Source: Trichosphaerium sp. ATCC 40318 (taxonomy: Eukaryota > Protista > Tubulinea). Taken from it: a DNA stretch of 64,000 nucleotides. The notes beneath the pieces are model-generated. The model ran no database searches and was not told the origin of the DNA. It saw nothing but the letters and a program-made list of their open reading frames with translations. The stretch covers positions 62,001 through 126,000 of the forward strand of contig JALMLS010000525.1 in the NCBI GenBank assembly GCA_038496445.1, read 5' to 3'. Shown piece after piece: positions 12,768 through 25,000 of this stretch (the first letter of the stretch is position 1; every line of letters starts with the position of its first letter). The translations under genes were made by a program, and so were the position numbers.

Positions 12768-13624
12768 TTATTGGGAAAAGAGTGCAATTCTCTGTGCTCT
12801 TTTACGTGCTAACCTTCTTCTAATCGCGTGGTTAGAGATTGAACAAAGTAAGTAGGATTTAAGAAAAAATATACCTGACAGGTTCACATTCCCCCATGTT
12901 AGGTTGTGGTTCGCCATATTGAATTCTGAGTACAATATCTGGAGCACCTTCAAGTTGAGAAGGCACTTCTGCTCTACAAAAAAAACCATTAGCTTGAACA
13001 ACTTTAAGAGCATGTGAGTAAAGAAATAAAAAACACAAACCTGAATGAATTCTCTGTGTTTGTTACCTCTACGCCGAGCGTGTTTTCGAGGATAGTAAAT
13101 TCTTAAACAGTTGGTAAGCAAACTAATGAAATGAAGGCTGTAAGAAAAAAACCTAATGTTCCGTACCATCAAAAGTGGCAGTTTCGAATGTACATTCTAT
13201 TATCTGTACGTTTACACCATCTCCTAGAACGACTCTGTACTCTACCATATTATCTGTGAAGTCAATTGTCATAAGCCGACTGTTAATAGCAATAGGGTCA
13301 GAATCAGTGTCGTATTCAATAACATCATTATCAACAACAAAGTCTGGGAAGTTTGGTGCTGTTGTCTCTGCAAAACCTACAGTGAAGTAACTAAGTTGTG
13401 TAGAAGGGCCTACAACCAAGGTGCATGTTCCGCGATCACCCTCGCCTTGAGTGTTGTTAGCTTTAACACAATCAAAAGGTGATAAGAGATAGTGTAGTTG
13501 GTTAGACAGACCAGCTTGATAATCTTCTTGTTAACGGCGTACTGATAGCTCCAAGTGAAAGAGATACCAAACCACATACTACAAGTGCGTGGATCAATGA
13601 TAGGTGATATGAAGAGGTGCGCAT
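12768..13624 (-). CDS. Secreted protein of unknown function, tandem paralogue 1
   Basis: Signal peptide MRTSSYHLSLIHALVVCGLVSLSLGAI; core TQGEGDRGTCTLVVG...TAPNFPDFVVDNDVIEYD...ECTFETATFDGTE shared with two neighbours; basic tail RRRLARKRAQRIALFSQ. Confidence 0.75.
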
Positions 13625-14547
13625 GTTGTTATACCGAAAGACGTTTTACGTTGTTGTTAAGAATCAAAAACGTGATTTGGTTTCGCAGTTTCTTTGATGA
13701 CAATACATTTTCCAGACAAACATATTTTCGGATAGTCCAGAACAATAACTAGCCTGTCTAACTAGTACATTACCACGTGCTAGAATTCTTTCTGTGATAA
13801 TTACAAGCTAGTATAGGCTCAAAATCTCAACAGTTTTGCGTTCCGATATTTGCTTATTGATTTGATATTTGAGAATCCCCCTATTAATGCGACATAGCTT
13901 ATATCAACGTGGTATAACTAAGTCCTAAGAAGGCAAAAAAAAAGCTTCAAAGAATACAATCTTCCTTACCTAAAACGATGCCACTCAGTAATGCTGTGCG
14001 TAGAGTGTCACTATTGTATCGTACACAAAATAAATATCAAAGGTTCATACTTTGGAGGTGGTACCAACCTATGAATTGAAAATCTCGGTGGTATTATAAG
14101 TATCAGGATAATACGGTACTCAAGACTGTTGTACCAGATAGTTATCGTACATTACAGGATTACTTTATTTCAATGATAGAATCGTTCCTGGGTCGCCAAC
14201 CATGGTCTTATTAGAAACATAAATAGTACAACAGAACCTCCAACTAGAACGCCGACTACATCACCAGCAAGAGCTCCAACAAGGTCTCCAACAAGAGCTC
14301 CCACTACATACAGCTTAATCTATTATCAACCAGATTGGAAGCAAAAGAAAACATGCAAAGGGATAGGTGTCCATGAATAGCCTGTGTTCTGTTGCTATCA
14401 CGCCATAATATTGCAATAAGCCAATGAAGTTCTAGCGTTGACAAACAATAACATGAAATCACGTTTTCTCACACTCGTTATTAACGGTTGACAAAGAACT
14501 AGAAAGTGTAGGCAAAGCGATTATCATAAAGTGGGAAGGAAAGTGGT

Positions 14548-15393
14548 TTATTGGGACAAGAGTGCAATTCTCTGTGCTCTTTTACGTGCTAACCTTCTTC
14601 TAATCGCGTGGTTAGAGATTGAACAAAGTAAGTAGGATTTAAGAAACCCCTCGTACCTGACAGGTACACATGCTAGGTCGTCAAACAGAATTCTGAGTAC
14701 AATGTCAGGATCACCTGCTAGTCTTGAGGGGAAATCTGCCCTTAAACAAAGTCATTAGCTCTTCGAACATAACAAAGAGCTGTGAACAACTTTAAAGAGA
14801 ACACAAATAGTAACAAACCTGAATGAATTAGCAGTGTTTTCTACCAATGCATTAACTGTGTTTTCCAGTATAGTAAAACCTTTAACGTGGTAAGCAAACC
14901 ATTGAGTGAATGGAGGTTGTAAGAAAAACTTGTATTCCGTACCATCAAAAGTGGCAGTTTCGAATGTACATTCTAATCTTTGCACGTTTACATCAGAGCC
15001 CAGTACGACTCTATACTCTACCATATTATCTGTGAAGTCAATTGTCATGAGCCTACTGGAAGGTATATCATTAGAATCAACGTCGTATTCAATAACATCA
15101 TTATCAACAACAAAGTCTGGGAAGTTTGGTGCGGTTGTCTCTGCTAAGCCAATACTGAAGTAACTAAATGTTGGAGTTGAGGTAACAACCAAGGTGCATG
15201 TTCCGCGATCACCCTCGCCTTGGGTGTTGTAAGAGTTACTATAAAATTAAAAACCTAAAAACACGTGCTTACTGCTTTAGTTAACCTTAAAACAACCTAT
15301 TAATAACGTACTAATAGCTCCAAGTGAAAGAGATATCAAACCAAATAAAACAAGTGCGCAAATCGATGATAAGTAATTTGAGGAGGTGGTCAT
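14548..15393 (-). CDS. Secreted protein of unknown function, tandem paralogue 2
   Basis: Same exon layout and core as paralogue 1; 3' exon nearly identical to paralogue 1. Confidence 0.75.
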
Positions 15394-15571
15394 GCTGTTG
15401 TGATGAAGAAGTGTGCTTTTTGATTCTTAACAATCTTAAGCGTGATTAGTTCACACCAGTGACTAGAGAGGTTATAGAAATGGTTAAAACCGCTACTACA
15501 ATACCTTCTTTACTTTAAAAACACGTGACTTTCGGGTAACGATACTAAATGAGAGGAAGAATATTTTATGG

Positions 15572-16415
15572 TTAATTTATTTGAGATAGTCTCCGAATAC
15601 AAGGCTTTCTACCATTTGCGTATACAGGTGGTGGTGCAGTTGGCGAAGCTGTTGTTGGCGGTGGAGTTGAAGGTGCAGTGGTTGATGGTGGAGGTAAGTC
15701 GTCAAATAGAATTCTGAGTACAATGTCTGGGCTACCTTCTAGTGCAGCGGGTATAGATGCTCTAAAATAATACTATCAACTTGCGAACAACTACGACACG
15801 TGCATATTTCAAAGAGCCACGTGTACCACTATTTAAAAAAATAAGGAATACATACCTGAACGAATTCATTGTGCTTGTTACATCTACGTCAAGCGTGTTT
15901 TCGAGGATAGAAAAACCTTAGTAACTTGGTAAGCATACCATTTATAAGGGTGTTGTAAGAATTGTCTGTATTCCGTACCATCAAAAGTGGCAGTTTCGAA
16001 TGTACATTCTAATATCTGTACGTTTACACCATCTCCTAGAACGACTCTGTACTCTACCATATTATCTGTGAAGTCAATTGTCATAAGCCGACTGTTAATA
16101 GCAATAGGGTCAGAATCAGTGTCGTATTCAATAACATCATTATCAATAACAAAGTCTGGAAAGTTTGGTGCTGTTGTCTCTGCAAAACCTACAGTGAAGT
16201 AACTAAGTTGTGTAGAAGGGCCTACAACCAAGGTGCATGTTCCGCGATCACCCTCGCCTTGAGTGTTGTTAGCAAAAAGGTAAACAGGTATTGGCGCTTG
16301 TTGAACACCTTTACAAAACTATTAACAACGTACTAATAGCTCCATGTGAAAGAGATATCAAACCAAATATAACAAGTGCGTAAATCAATGATTGGTAAAT
16401 TGATGAGGTGCTCAT
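15572..16415 (-). CDS. Secreted protein of unknown function, tandem paralogue 3, with a Pro/Thr/Ser-rich tail
   Basis: Signal peptide MSTSSIYQSLIYALVIFGLISLSHGAI; core nearly identical to paralogue 1; ends PDIVLRILFDDLPPPSTTAPSTPPPTTASPTAPPPVYANGRKPCIRRLSQIN*. Confidence 0.75.
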
Positions 16416-17034
16416 GATGTTGTGATGAAGATGTATACTTTTGGTTTGTGTAAGAACCTTAGGTTCCACATGACAACACGTTTTCCATACAAGCATTTTC
16501 CGAAAATCATAGAAAGGCATATTTTCCTAACTTATCGAAATATAAGAACATCACTGCGCACTTGTAAGGAAGAGTTAATCTTATGTATTCATTCTGGTAA
16601 CACTAATACAAAAAGCATTCATCTAATGAAACCTTCGCACCAAAACCAAAAACAGAACTTCCTTTCATTACAATCAGCATTGAAATACCGTTTCCTACAT
16701 AATAGCTCTAGTGGATAGGAAGGGTTTATTAAACGCTAAGAAGGCAAAAATATATATGTGGTCAATTAATGAATAGTCCAAAACCAATCAAAAAAAAAGT
16801 GAGCACCTTGATGCCACAGACATGCTGATTTTTGGATTGAAGAAAGGTTTGTGCTGTTTAAATGTCATCATATGATTGAATTTATCCAGCGAAGTATCAC
16901 GCGTTGGTTTACCGTTTTTGCAGTGGCTCTGAGCTTTTTCTGTTTAGACAAACCGCAGTCGTTTCTATATCTCCCACAGTTCTTCATCGTCTATAGGTAG
17001 GTACATCGGGCACCCGTGTTACCATATAGTATTG

Positions 17035-18968
17035 CATGTTACAAGTTGTATTGTAGACAAAATTACAAGGTTGAGTAAGTGACAGGGTTGAATAAAGGAC
17101 AGTTGAACAAAAAACCAACAGATTGTTTAAGGGTCTAAAAAAAAGGATTTTATTTGATTTGTTGTTTTGCTTTGAGGAACACGATCCAAAGCAAAAAGCT
17201 CATTGTTTTTTAAGCATCTTGAACCTTCTTGGTAACTGATTTGATGACACCTACAGCCACAGTCTAGACAGAAAATGTAAGCACGTGAAGGAACAGCGAT
17301 GTGAGTAGTTAAACTATGTACCTTGTTCATATCGCGGATTGCAAAACGACCAAGAGGAGGCATATCTTTGAAGGCTTCACAACAAAGTGGCTTGGTAGGA
17401 ATCAAGCGCACCATTGCAGAGTCTCCTTTTTTGAGATAAGCAGGGTTCTTTTCTGTCACTTCGTTCGTCTTGCGATCAAGCTTTGTCAAGAGTTCGGCAA
17501 AGCGGCACGCAATATGAGCAGTGTGAATGTCTAGAAAAGAAGAAACGTAAGTATTAAAACAGAGAAAGCTAAAAAGACAACTTACCAAGGACCGGGCTGT
17601 ATCCAGCAAAGATCTTCTTTGGGTGGTGCATTATGATGATTTGAGCAACGAATTCAGTCACTTCAGCAAGAGGTACCGAAGCACCAATCTCACCAATAAC
17701 TGTACCACGTTCTACTTGCTTTACAGAGACACCTCTCAAGTTTACACCTACATTGTCACCAGGACCAGCCTGCGTCATCTGGGTATGGTGCATCTCGATA
17801 GATCTCACTTCAGCCGTTAAACCAGACGGTGCGAGTTTCACCTTTTGGCCGACCTTGATAAGACCTGCTTCGATGCGCCCAGCGACAACAGTACCGACAC
17901 CGTTGATTTTGAAGACGTTTTGAATTGGCATTCTCAATGGCTTGTTTGTAGGACGCTTTGGAGGCTTCAAGTTGTCAAGTGCTTCGAGTAATGTTGGGCC
18001 CTTCCACCATGACATGTTGCTTGATTTCTCCGTCATGTTATCACCAGCGAATCCAGAGATAGGAACAAAAGGAACACGCTTAATGTTGAACCCAATCCTG
18101 CGCAAAAGGTTAGTGGATAAAAAAAACTCAATGTGAAGTTGTTGAACGTACTTTTTCAAAAAGGCTGAGACTTCAGCGACAATTTCCTTGTATCTGGATT
18201 CAGCGTAGTTGACAGTTTTTGCGTCCATCTTGTTTACACCAACAATCAATTGCTTGACACCAAGAGTGTAAGCGAGCAAAGCATGTTGGCGAGTTTGTCC
18301 ATTTGTAGAGATGGAAGTCTCGAACTCTCCCTTTGTTGCTGGAACGACAAGCAATGCCGAGTCAGCTTGAGAGGTACCAGTGATCATATTCTTGATGAAA
18401 TCTTGGTGTCCAGGAGCATCAATGATCGTAAACTAAACAGCAAGTCAGAAAAGGTTCCAAAGCGCTGTAATTAATCAAAAGTGACTTACGTGGTAGTTGT
18501 TCGTGAAGAATTGCTTGGTTGTTGTTTTGATGGTGACTCCACGAGATTGTTCTTCTTCAGTGTTGTCCATGACGAAAGCGTAAGCAAATGACTTCATGCC
18601 CTTTTCTTCAGCCTTTTGTTCCAACAATTGCATTCTCCTCTTGTCGACACCACCACATTTGAAGATCAAGTGACCGCATGTTGTTGATTTACCTGCATCG
18701 ACATGACCAATTACAACGAGATTAATGTGAGTTTTATCGTTGTTGTTCTTGTTCTTTGACATGCACGTTTTTAAGTTACGACGAGGGGGGGTTTGTTTGT
18801 TTTCTTTGTTCAAGCTGTTGTTGTTGCTTGTACGTTTGTTTCTATGATTTGATTTTTTTTCACGTTCATAGTTTCACCAAGAAAATTACTAGAAACGGTT
18901 TAGTTCCAAATAAACTTTATAATTCTTTTCAATGAACTGATTTACGCTATTTCGTTTCTGCCCTCATA
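17035..18968 (-). repeat. Left arm of a ~1.9 kb inverted segmental duplication (partner 48078-49996)
   Basis: The reverse complement matches 48078-49996 across the upstream region, exons, introns and 3' flank, with few differences. Confidence 0.95.
17210..18762 (-). CDS. Divergent elongation factor 1-alpha-family GTPase, copy A (5 exons)
   Basis: [23 protein letters not shown] and [11 protein letters not shown] motifs; 4 GT-AG introns; ends KKVQDA-TAA. Confidence 0.92.
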
Positions 18969-20816
18969 GATCTTGTTTTATCCATACGAAATAGTATGCT
19001 ACTAAATAACGATAGTATTGAGCGCATTCATAGAAGCCCTAGAGCAACTTTTGTTAAGCAGTTCCTACTCTACATAGACGCTAATCCATGTGTTTAATGT
19101 ATTGTGATCTTTCTTTTTGTTGTTTGTGGAGTTGTAACGTCAAGAAAAATTAAACATTGTATAGCGCGGAATCACTGAAAATTGTTTTTCAGTTCCATAT
19201 TTAATCATTTTTCTCTGTTTGACGCCTATACACAGCCTTGAAATTAAGACACCTATTGCACAAAAGATCACAGTACTTGTAATTTGAAAGTCAAGGCTTA
19301 CAATAGCGTCACAAGTTTATTTTAGCTTTAGCATACAAATATTGTATGTATGTACTACCCTACGCGCAGATACTTGTTTTTAGGTACTTACACGGATTTT
19401 TGTGAGTGTTTAATGAAAAAACTCTACTATTTCAAGACAAATGAACCAACGGCTGCCTAAACGTAGCATTTTACAGATCACATAAGATTATATTTTCAGC
19501 TATATTTGGCTGCCGTTGCTTGATTTGTCGTCGTTATTGGAAAATCTTCAAAAGCAATCAATTACGCTGACTAAAAGCAATTATTACAACTGTCACTTCT
19601 TTTTTTGCAATCAACACATTAGTGGAACAGTTTTACGGCATTGTTGTTACAAATGTACGTCTACAAACATATTTTGGCACACCAAACTTCTGGCATAACA
19701 CACCTACAACCATGTAGCTACAAGATATAACACTGTTTTTGATGTACAAGCACATGGCTTAGTGTATTGAATTTTTCTATAAACGGGTACTGCTTAACAA
19801 AAGTTGCCCTACTGGATAATCTATTGTAATAGATTTATTGTAAATGTTGTCATTCTCGGGTAACGCTTCTATAACTTAGCTCTCTATTCGTATTCGCAAA
19901 TTACACTTCCTGGAGATTGCTCATCAGCTACAGACACTACAAGTTGTTGCCACGATACTCAAGCGTTCATCTAATGCTACGGTTTTCATAAGCCACAAGG
20001 TGCTGAAAAATTGAGATTTATTATGCTTGGATTTGGTAAAGCAAGAAGTAAACACCGATTTATTGAGAAAGCTCATTGATGTAGCACTTGATGAAGTTGT
20101 ATATAAGTGACACATGTTTTATGCTTTTGTAGGGTAGTCTAGCGTTGGGGAGTTTTTATTAAAGATTCAAATCTTTGATTTAAGAGTATGCATTTGCTTT
20201 CGGAGACTTGATAGTGCTACACGGATGTAGTATACCAATTTCCATACGCTCTCAAAGAGCGTAGACAGAAATACAAGCAAAAGAAACAACTGTGAAGAAT
20301 GTTTACAAGCTGATAACTATTTGTTAGATCCTTCGTCCATTGGCATCATTGTACAATTAACACAGATTGAGAGAACCTATCTCTTGGCTTGACGGCTTGG
20401 TCACGAAGCCTGCAATCCTTGTTTTATTCAAAGTCACAATATAACTACAACCAAAAACTGTCTGTATACATCGTAGTCATTGCGTAATTGCCTCTAGCCG
20501 TTGCTTTTAAGTACCGTCATTATTTTTCCATATCTCTATACGCCAACATGAAATATTGCGCTATACAATATGTACATAAAAGGACTTCCTCGGAAGAAAT
20601 TTGTTCAGGGAAAACCTTCGGAAGGTCACCAGAAAACTGCCGACTTTTGACGTTTTTATTGCGTTTTTTTTTTTTTAATGATCGTGCACTAGAATATAGC
20701 GTGCAGGTTAAATTTTTTGAGGTTTGAAAATATCTCAAAAGATTCCACGGAACAGACAGAATTTATCAATTTTAATTCGGCTAATTTTATTATTCTATCA
20801 AACACACAAACAACAA

Positions 20817-21649
20817 ATGACATCCGCAACCGTTAATTGGTACAAACAAGAAATCGCTAAGCGTGATTTAACAGCTCTTGTATTTTACCGAGGTGATTGG
20901 TAGGTGGTTCTTACTCACACTTTGGCTTTTTCCTAACATTCTTAGGTGCCCGTTCTGTACAGCGTACTTGGAGGAATTAAATGCCAAACTCTTACCTCAA
21001 CTGAAAGCCAAAGGTACTGTACACCCCCACAGTTAAAATTGCCTTACATGACTTATAGGAGGCGAACTATTCGGCGTGACAACTCAAGATCAAGCGGCTG
21101 CGACCAAGTTGCAAAACAACTTCAGTTTGGATTTCAAAATCTTTGGCGAGCCTGCGAATGAGCTTGCTAAAGGTTGAGTGTAATAACCGCCATTCTTTTT
21201 GACTAACGACATATGTAGAACTTGGAGTTGCTCTAAGTGAACACGCTAGGTACGACGGTCTCATGGCACAGCCAGCTCTATTTGTTGTAAGTTGTAGTGT
21301 TTTATATCTTGTTGGCTTTCTTTTTAATGGGTGTTGCTGTAGGTTGACAAACACGGCAAGTTTTTGTACAAGTGGATAATTGTACCTGGTGAAATGAACT
21401 GGGGTGGTGCTACTGATCGTCCAATTCCTGAATTAGTACGTTTTTTCAGAGAAAGTAGCCGGACATCATGTTAGATAAACAAAGATTTAACATTTGTGAT
21501 AGGTGTGGAAGGTTGTTGAGGCAAGACTTGCAGGAAAGGAAGTAGCTGATGATAAGATTCGTGGCGTTGACCTTGAGTGGCTAAAGAGTAATTATCCTCC
21601 ACAATATAAATTAGTCATGGAGTACCTCGCTAGCCAGAAGAAGGATTAA
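20817..21649 (+). CDS. AhpC/TSA-family peroxiredoxin-like (thioredoxin-fold) protein
   Basis: Spliced VFYRGDW|CPFC (CxxC), then ELFGVTTQ, MAQPALFV|VDKHGKFLYKW and GGATDRP. Confidence 0.88.
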
Positions 21650-22031
21650 ACGAAAAAAAAAACAGGTCCTTCTGGAGCAAGACTTTACAAGATCCTACTT
21701 ACAACCTCATACTTTAAATAAACGTCAACTCATTTCAATCACTTCATCTTTGTCTTTTGTATTCATTTTTCTCTGATGGATCTAGTTCTATCGTACAAAC
21801 ACGCTTTGTAATTAAATTCTTGGGTTTTTTCTTCAAAAAGATTGACTTCGAATTTGTTTATTAAGCTTACGGTTCTTTTCTTGGCCGGCAAACATAAGAA
21901 GCTTGTGTAATCCACGCCTACTAAAAACAAAATATTTTGAAAGCCAAAATACATAAAACAACATTGAGAGATAAGAAAAAAACGTTGTTATACACTTATT
22001 TTTTTTAGTTTGTTTTTTTGCTTGTTTCTTT

Positions 22032-25000
22032 TTAAGCTGTTGCTTTTGTTTCATCTTGTTTAAGGAATTCCATAGCACGCTCTAGTACATGATCACGTTT
22101 TGTTTGCATCAGAGTTGACACAGTATCCTACAAACAAGACATAAGCACAAACAGAAAAAAAGTTCCAAAAAAAAAAGAAAAAGCACGTGTTTTCGAACAA
22201 ACAAAAAGGAGTTGTTACCTCTACAAGGATATCTGGTGTTACACCATTATGAAATCCCGATTTACCGCTCTAATAAAAATCACTTAGTACAAGTATGCTA
22301 CAATAAAAAACAACGATAATGTTGTTCAAACCAGTGTCTTACCGTTAGCCCTTTGCCAGTAAAAAATGCGGTGATACCACCTGGTAATACAACATTTGTT
22401 GCGTTACCAGTAACGCCATGTGTGGTTTGTCCAATAACAGTGCAATCAGGACGGCAAGCCTAAACGTGACCACGTAAGTAAAAAAAAGGGTTAAAAAAAA
22501 ACGAACCTTCAAATACAGGCAATCAAGTTCACCTTGACCAAGAGTTGCTGTGGATATTAGAGCAACTAGTTTACCTGAAAAAGAGCATTAACAAAGTGCA
22601 TACAATATATTCATTCTATTCTCACCTTTAAAGACGCGTTGACGCTCATCGTGAGACGTATAGCAAAGTTGTTTTGAAACCATTACGCTTGAAGATAAAC
22701 CATCGTAAAGAAAAGTGGAAGGTGAAAAATAAGGTGTTGTAGTGTTTGTAACTGTAACTGTCTTTGATGAAAGCCATCTAGCCAATCTAAACGGAGGAAA
22801 AATTACAATCACAAGCTGGTAGAAAGTAGAGAAAGGAAGAATAAAAATAGTTTCCAATTTTGATGGTTTTTTTTTCAAAAGCTACCTTGTACAAAGCGAA
22901 TTAATACTATTGTTGTATATAGCGTACTCTGGCATAATTTTCTTTGTTGGTCCGCGAAGATCAAGAATTATGGCTCGTTTATCAATCATTGAATGCATAG
23001 CAATGTCAACAGACTAAGCACGACAGTCAGATCTAACATCAAAAAAGAAAAAAACAGAAAAAAAAAAGAGAACGAAAATTCGTACAGAATAGAGAAGACG
23101 CGTAAGGTCCATATAACCAACTGTGCGATCATTTGGATGGGTGGCTGTGAAAACTGGAAGACGATTCGATTGTTGTTCGAGCTCGTTGAGTACAAAAGCA
23201 GGAGTTGTAGACCTTTACAAAGAAGGGTTAAGATATGCTTCATAAGAAGCTTTTTGTACCTAAGGAGCTCTGCTTCATATGTTGTCTTTCCTCTCTTTAA
23301 TGTGACCTTCGCAATGCTATTAATCTGTCCAGCGAGTAGATATAGAGACACACGCCAATTCAATCCATAAGGAGATGAAGCAGAGTATAATGGTGCAAGT
23401 TTCTCAAACAAAGTTTGAACCTAAACACCAAGTCAATTACTTTGTTCAACAACAAAAAACGTACTGAAACACCATCAACAGCTGTAATAATATCACCCGG
23501 TTTAACACGTGTCAGATCAGGATTAGCACCAGTGAGGTGCTCAATAGCTGATACATGAGCAATGTAAAAATTACCGGCGATTGACTTGACGTTGATTGGA
23601 GGCACGTGTGTACCGACGTAGTTGGATAGTACAGGTGATCTTTGAATAGAATAATTAGTACACATAAAGTACTATAAACAAAGTAACATACTGCATGAAG
23701 CACTGGAAATCCCCTGTCTGTGCTATAACCTTTGCAATACATAGAACATATTCTTCAACAGTTTTTGATGCTTGAACCTTAGGGAGGAACTCTTCAAGTA
23801 CCTCAGACCATGGACGTACCATTTGGTCTTTGTAAGGATAGAAGAATTGAATCTAATCCATTAAATCAGATCAAGCGTTAAACGAAACACAAAACGCAGC
23901 AAAACAGGTAAAGAACCCTCTAGCGGTAGCGACTACTTACTGCGTTCCAAAGCTTAAACAAACCAAGAAGTCTGTATTCCATACTTGGGTTAGGCATGTT
24001 CTTGTATAATCTGTCACGTCTAATAAAGTATGTAAGAAATCAAATATCGCAAAGTAAAAGAACAGACTTACGTTCCCAAAGAATAGGACGTCTGTACAAC
24101 AGCCTGCTTTTGTGGTGTACGTTTAGTACAAAAGTCACAAGCTACCATCACTGCAGGATCTTTAAACTTCATCTTTCCTCTACCAACAGGTCCATTTCCG
24201 AAGTCCTAGAGAACGTCATAAAAAAACCACAAACAAAAGTTCTATATACCTGTTTTGCATCTGGAAGGAAACCAATACCGCCATCTGGTCTAACAATCTC
24301 TGTAGCACGTACACAAACCTTTTAAATCACATTAGACAACAACGGAAGTACGTTAAACTAAACTAGTGATGATGAACAAACATACACGTAAACTATGAGG
24401 CAAGGAGACTTGTACTACTTCAATACCCGGTTCAAAAGATAGTACAGAACCGGCACCAATCATAACATCACCTTCACGTGTACAATACACAATTTTAGCC
24501 TTGTCTAATAGAAAGTATTAATAAAACCGGTCACCATTATTAAACAGGTACAATCGTACTTTGAGCTTTCAATCCAATGGCAATGTTGATAATGCCCTGA
24601 GGTGTGTATTTATCGATAATGAACACCATCTGTTTTGTAAATGTTTTATTCTTAGTACCACTGGTTGGTGTATACGCTAATGCATCACGTGTAAGGAAAC
24701 CTACGTAGGAAGAAGATTAGAAAAAAACAGTACAAGGTTCGTTTAACTTCATAACTAAAAAAACATACTGTGCTTGAAGCTTGAAGGAGCAGATTGGAAT
24801 GGTTCGTGTTCACGTAGACCTTCCCATACACGTTCACGAGAAGTAGGTAGAGGTAAAGGCTCATTAATAAATACTTTAAATGTCTCTGTAAAGATAAAAA
24901 CAAGGATTGCTGCACTGGCTGCCGAATGTTTTGGATTGATACATCTGGAAACATTAGCGAACAAGTCTTAGGACTAGAAAGTTACCTAAAATCGAAAACA

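Noticed and set aside
19440-20420. Possible decayed gene (F-box-like start)
   Set aside because: Stops in all frames and the similarity is too weak to support.
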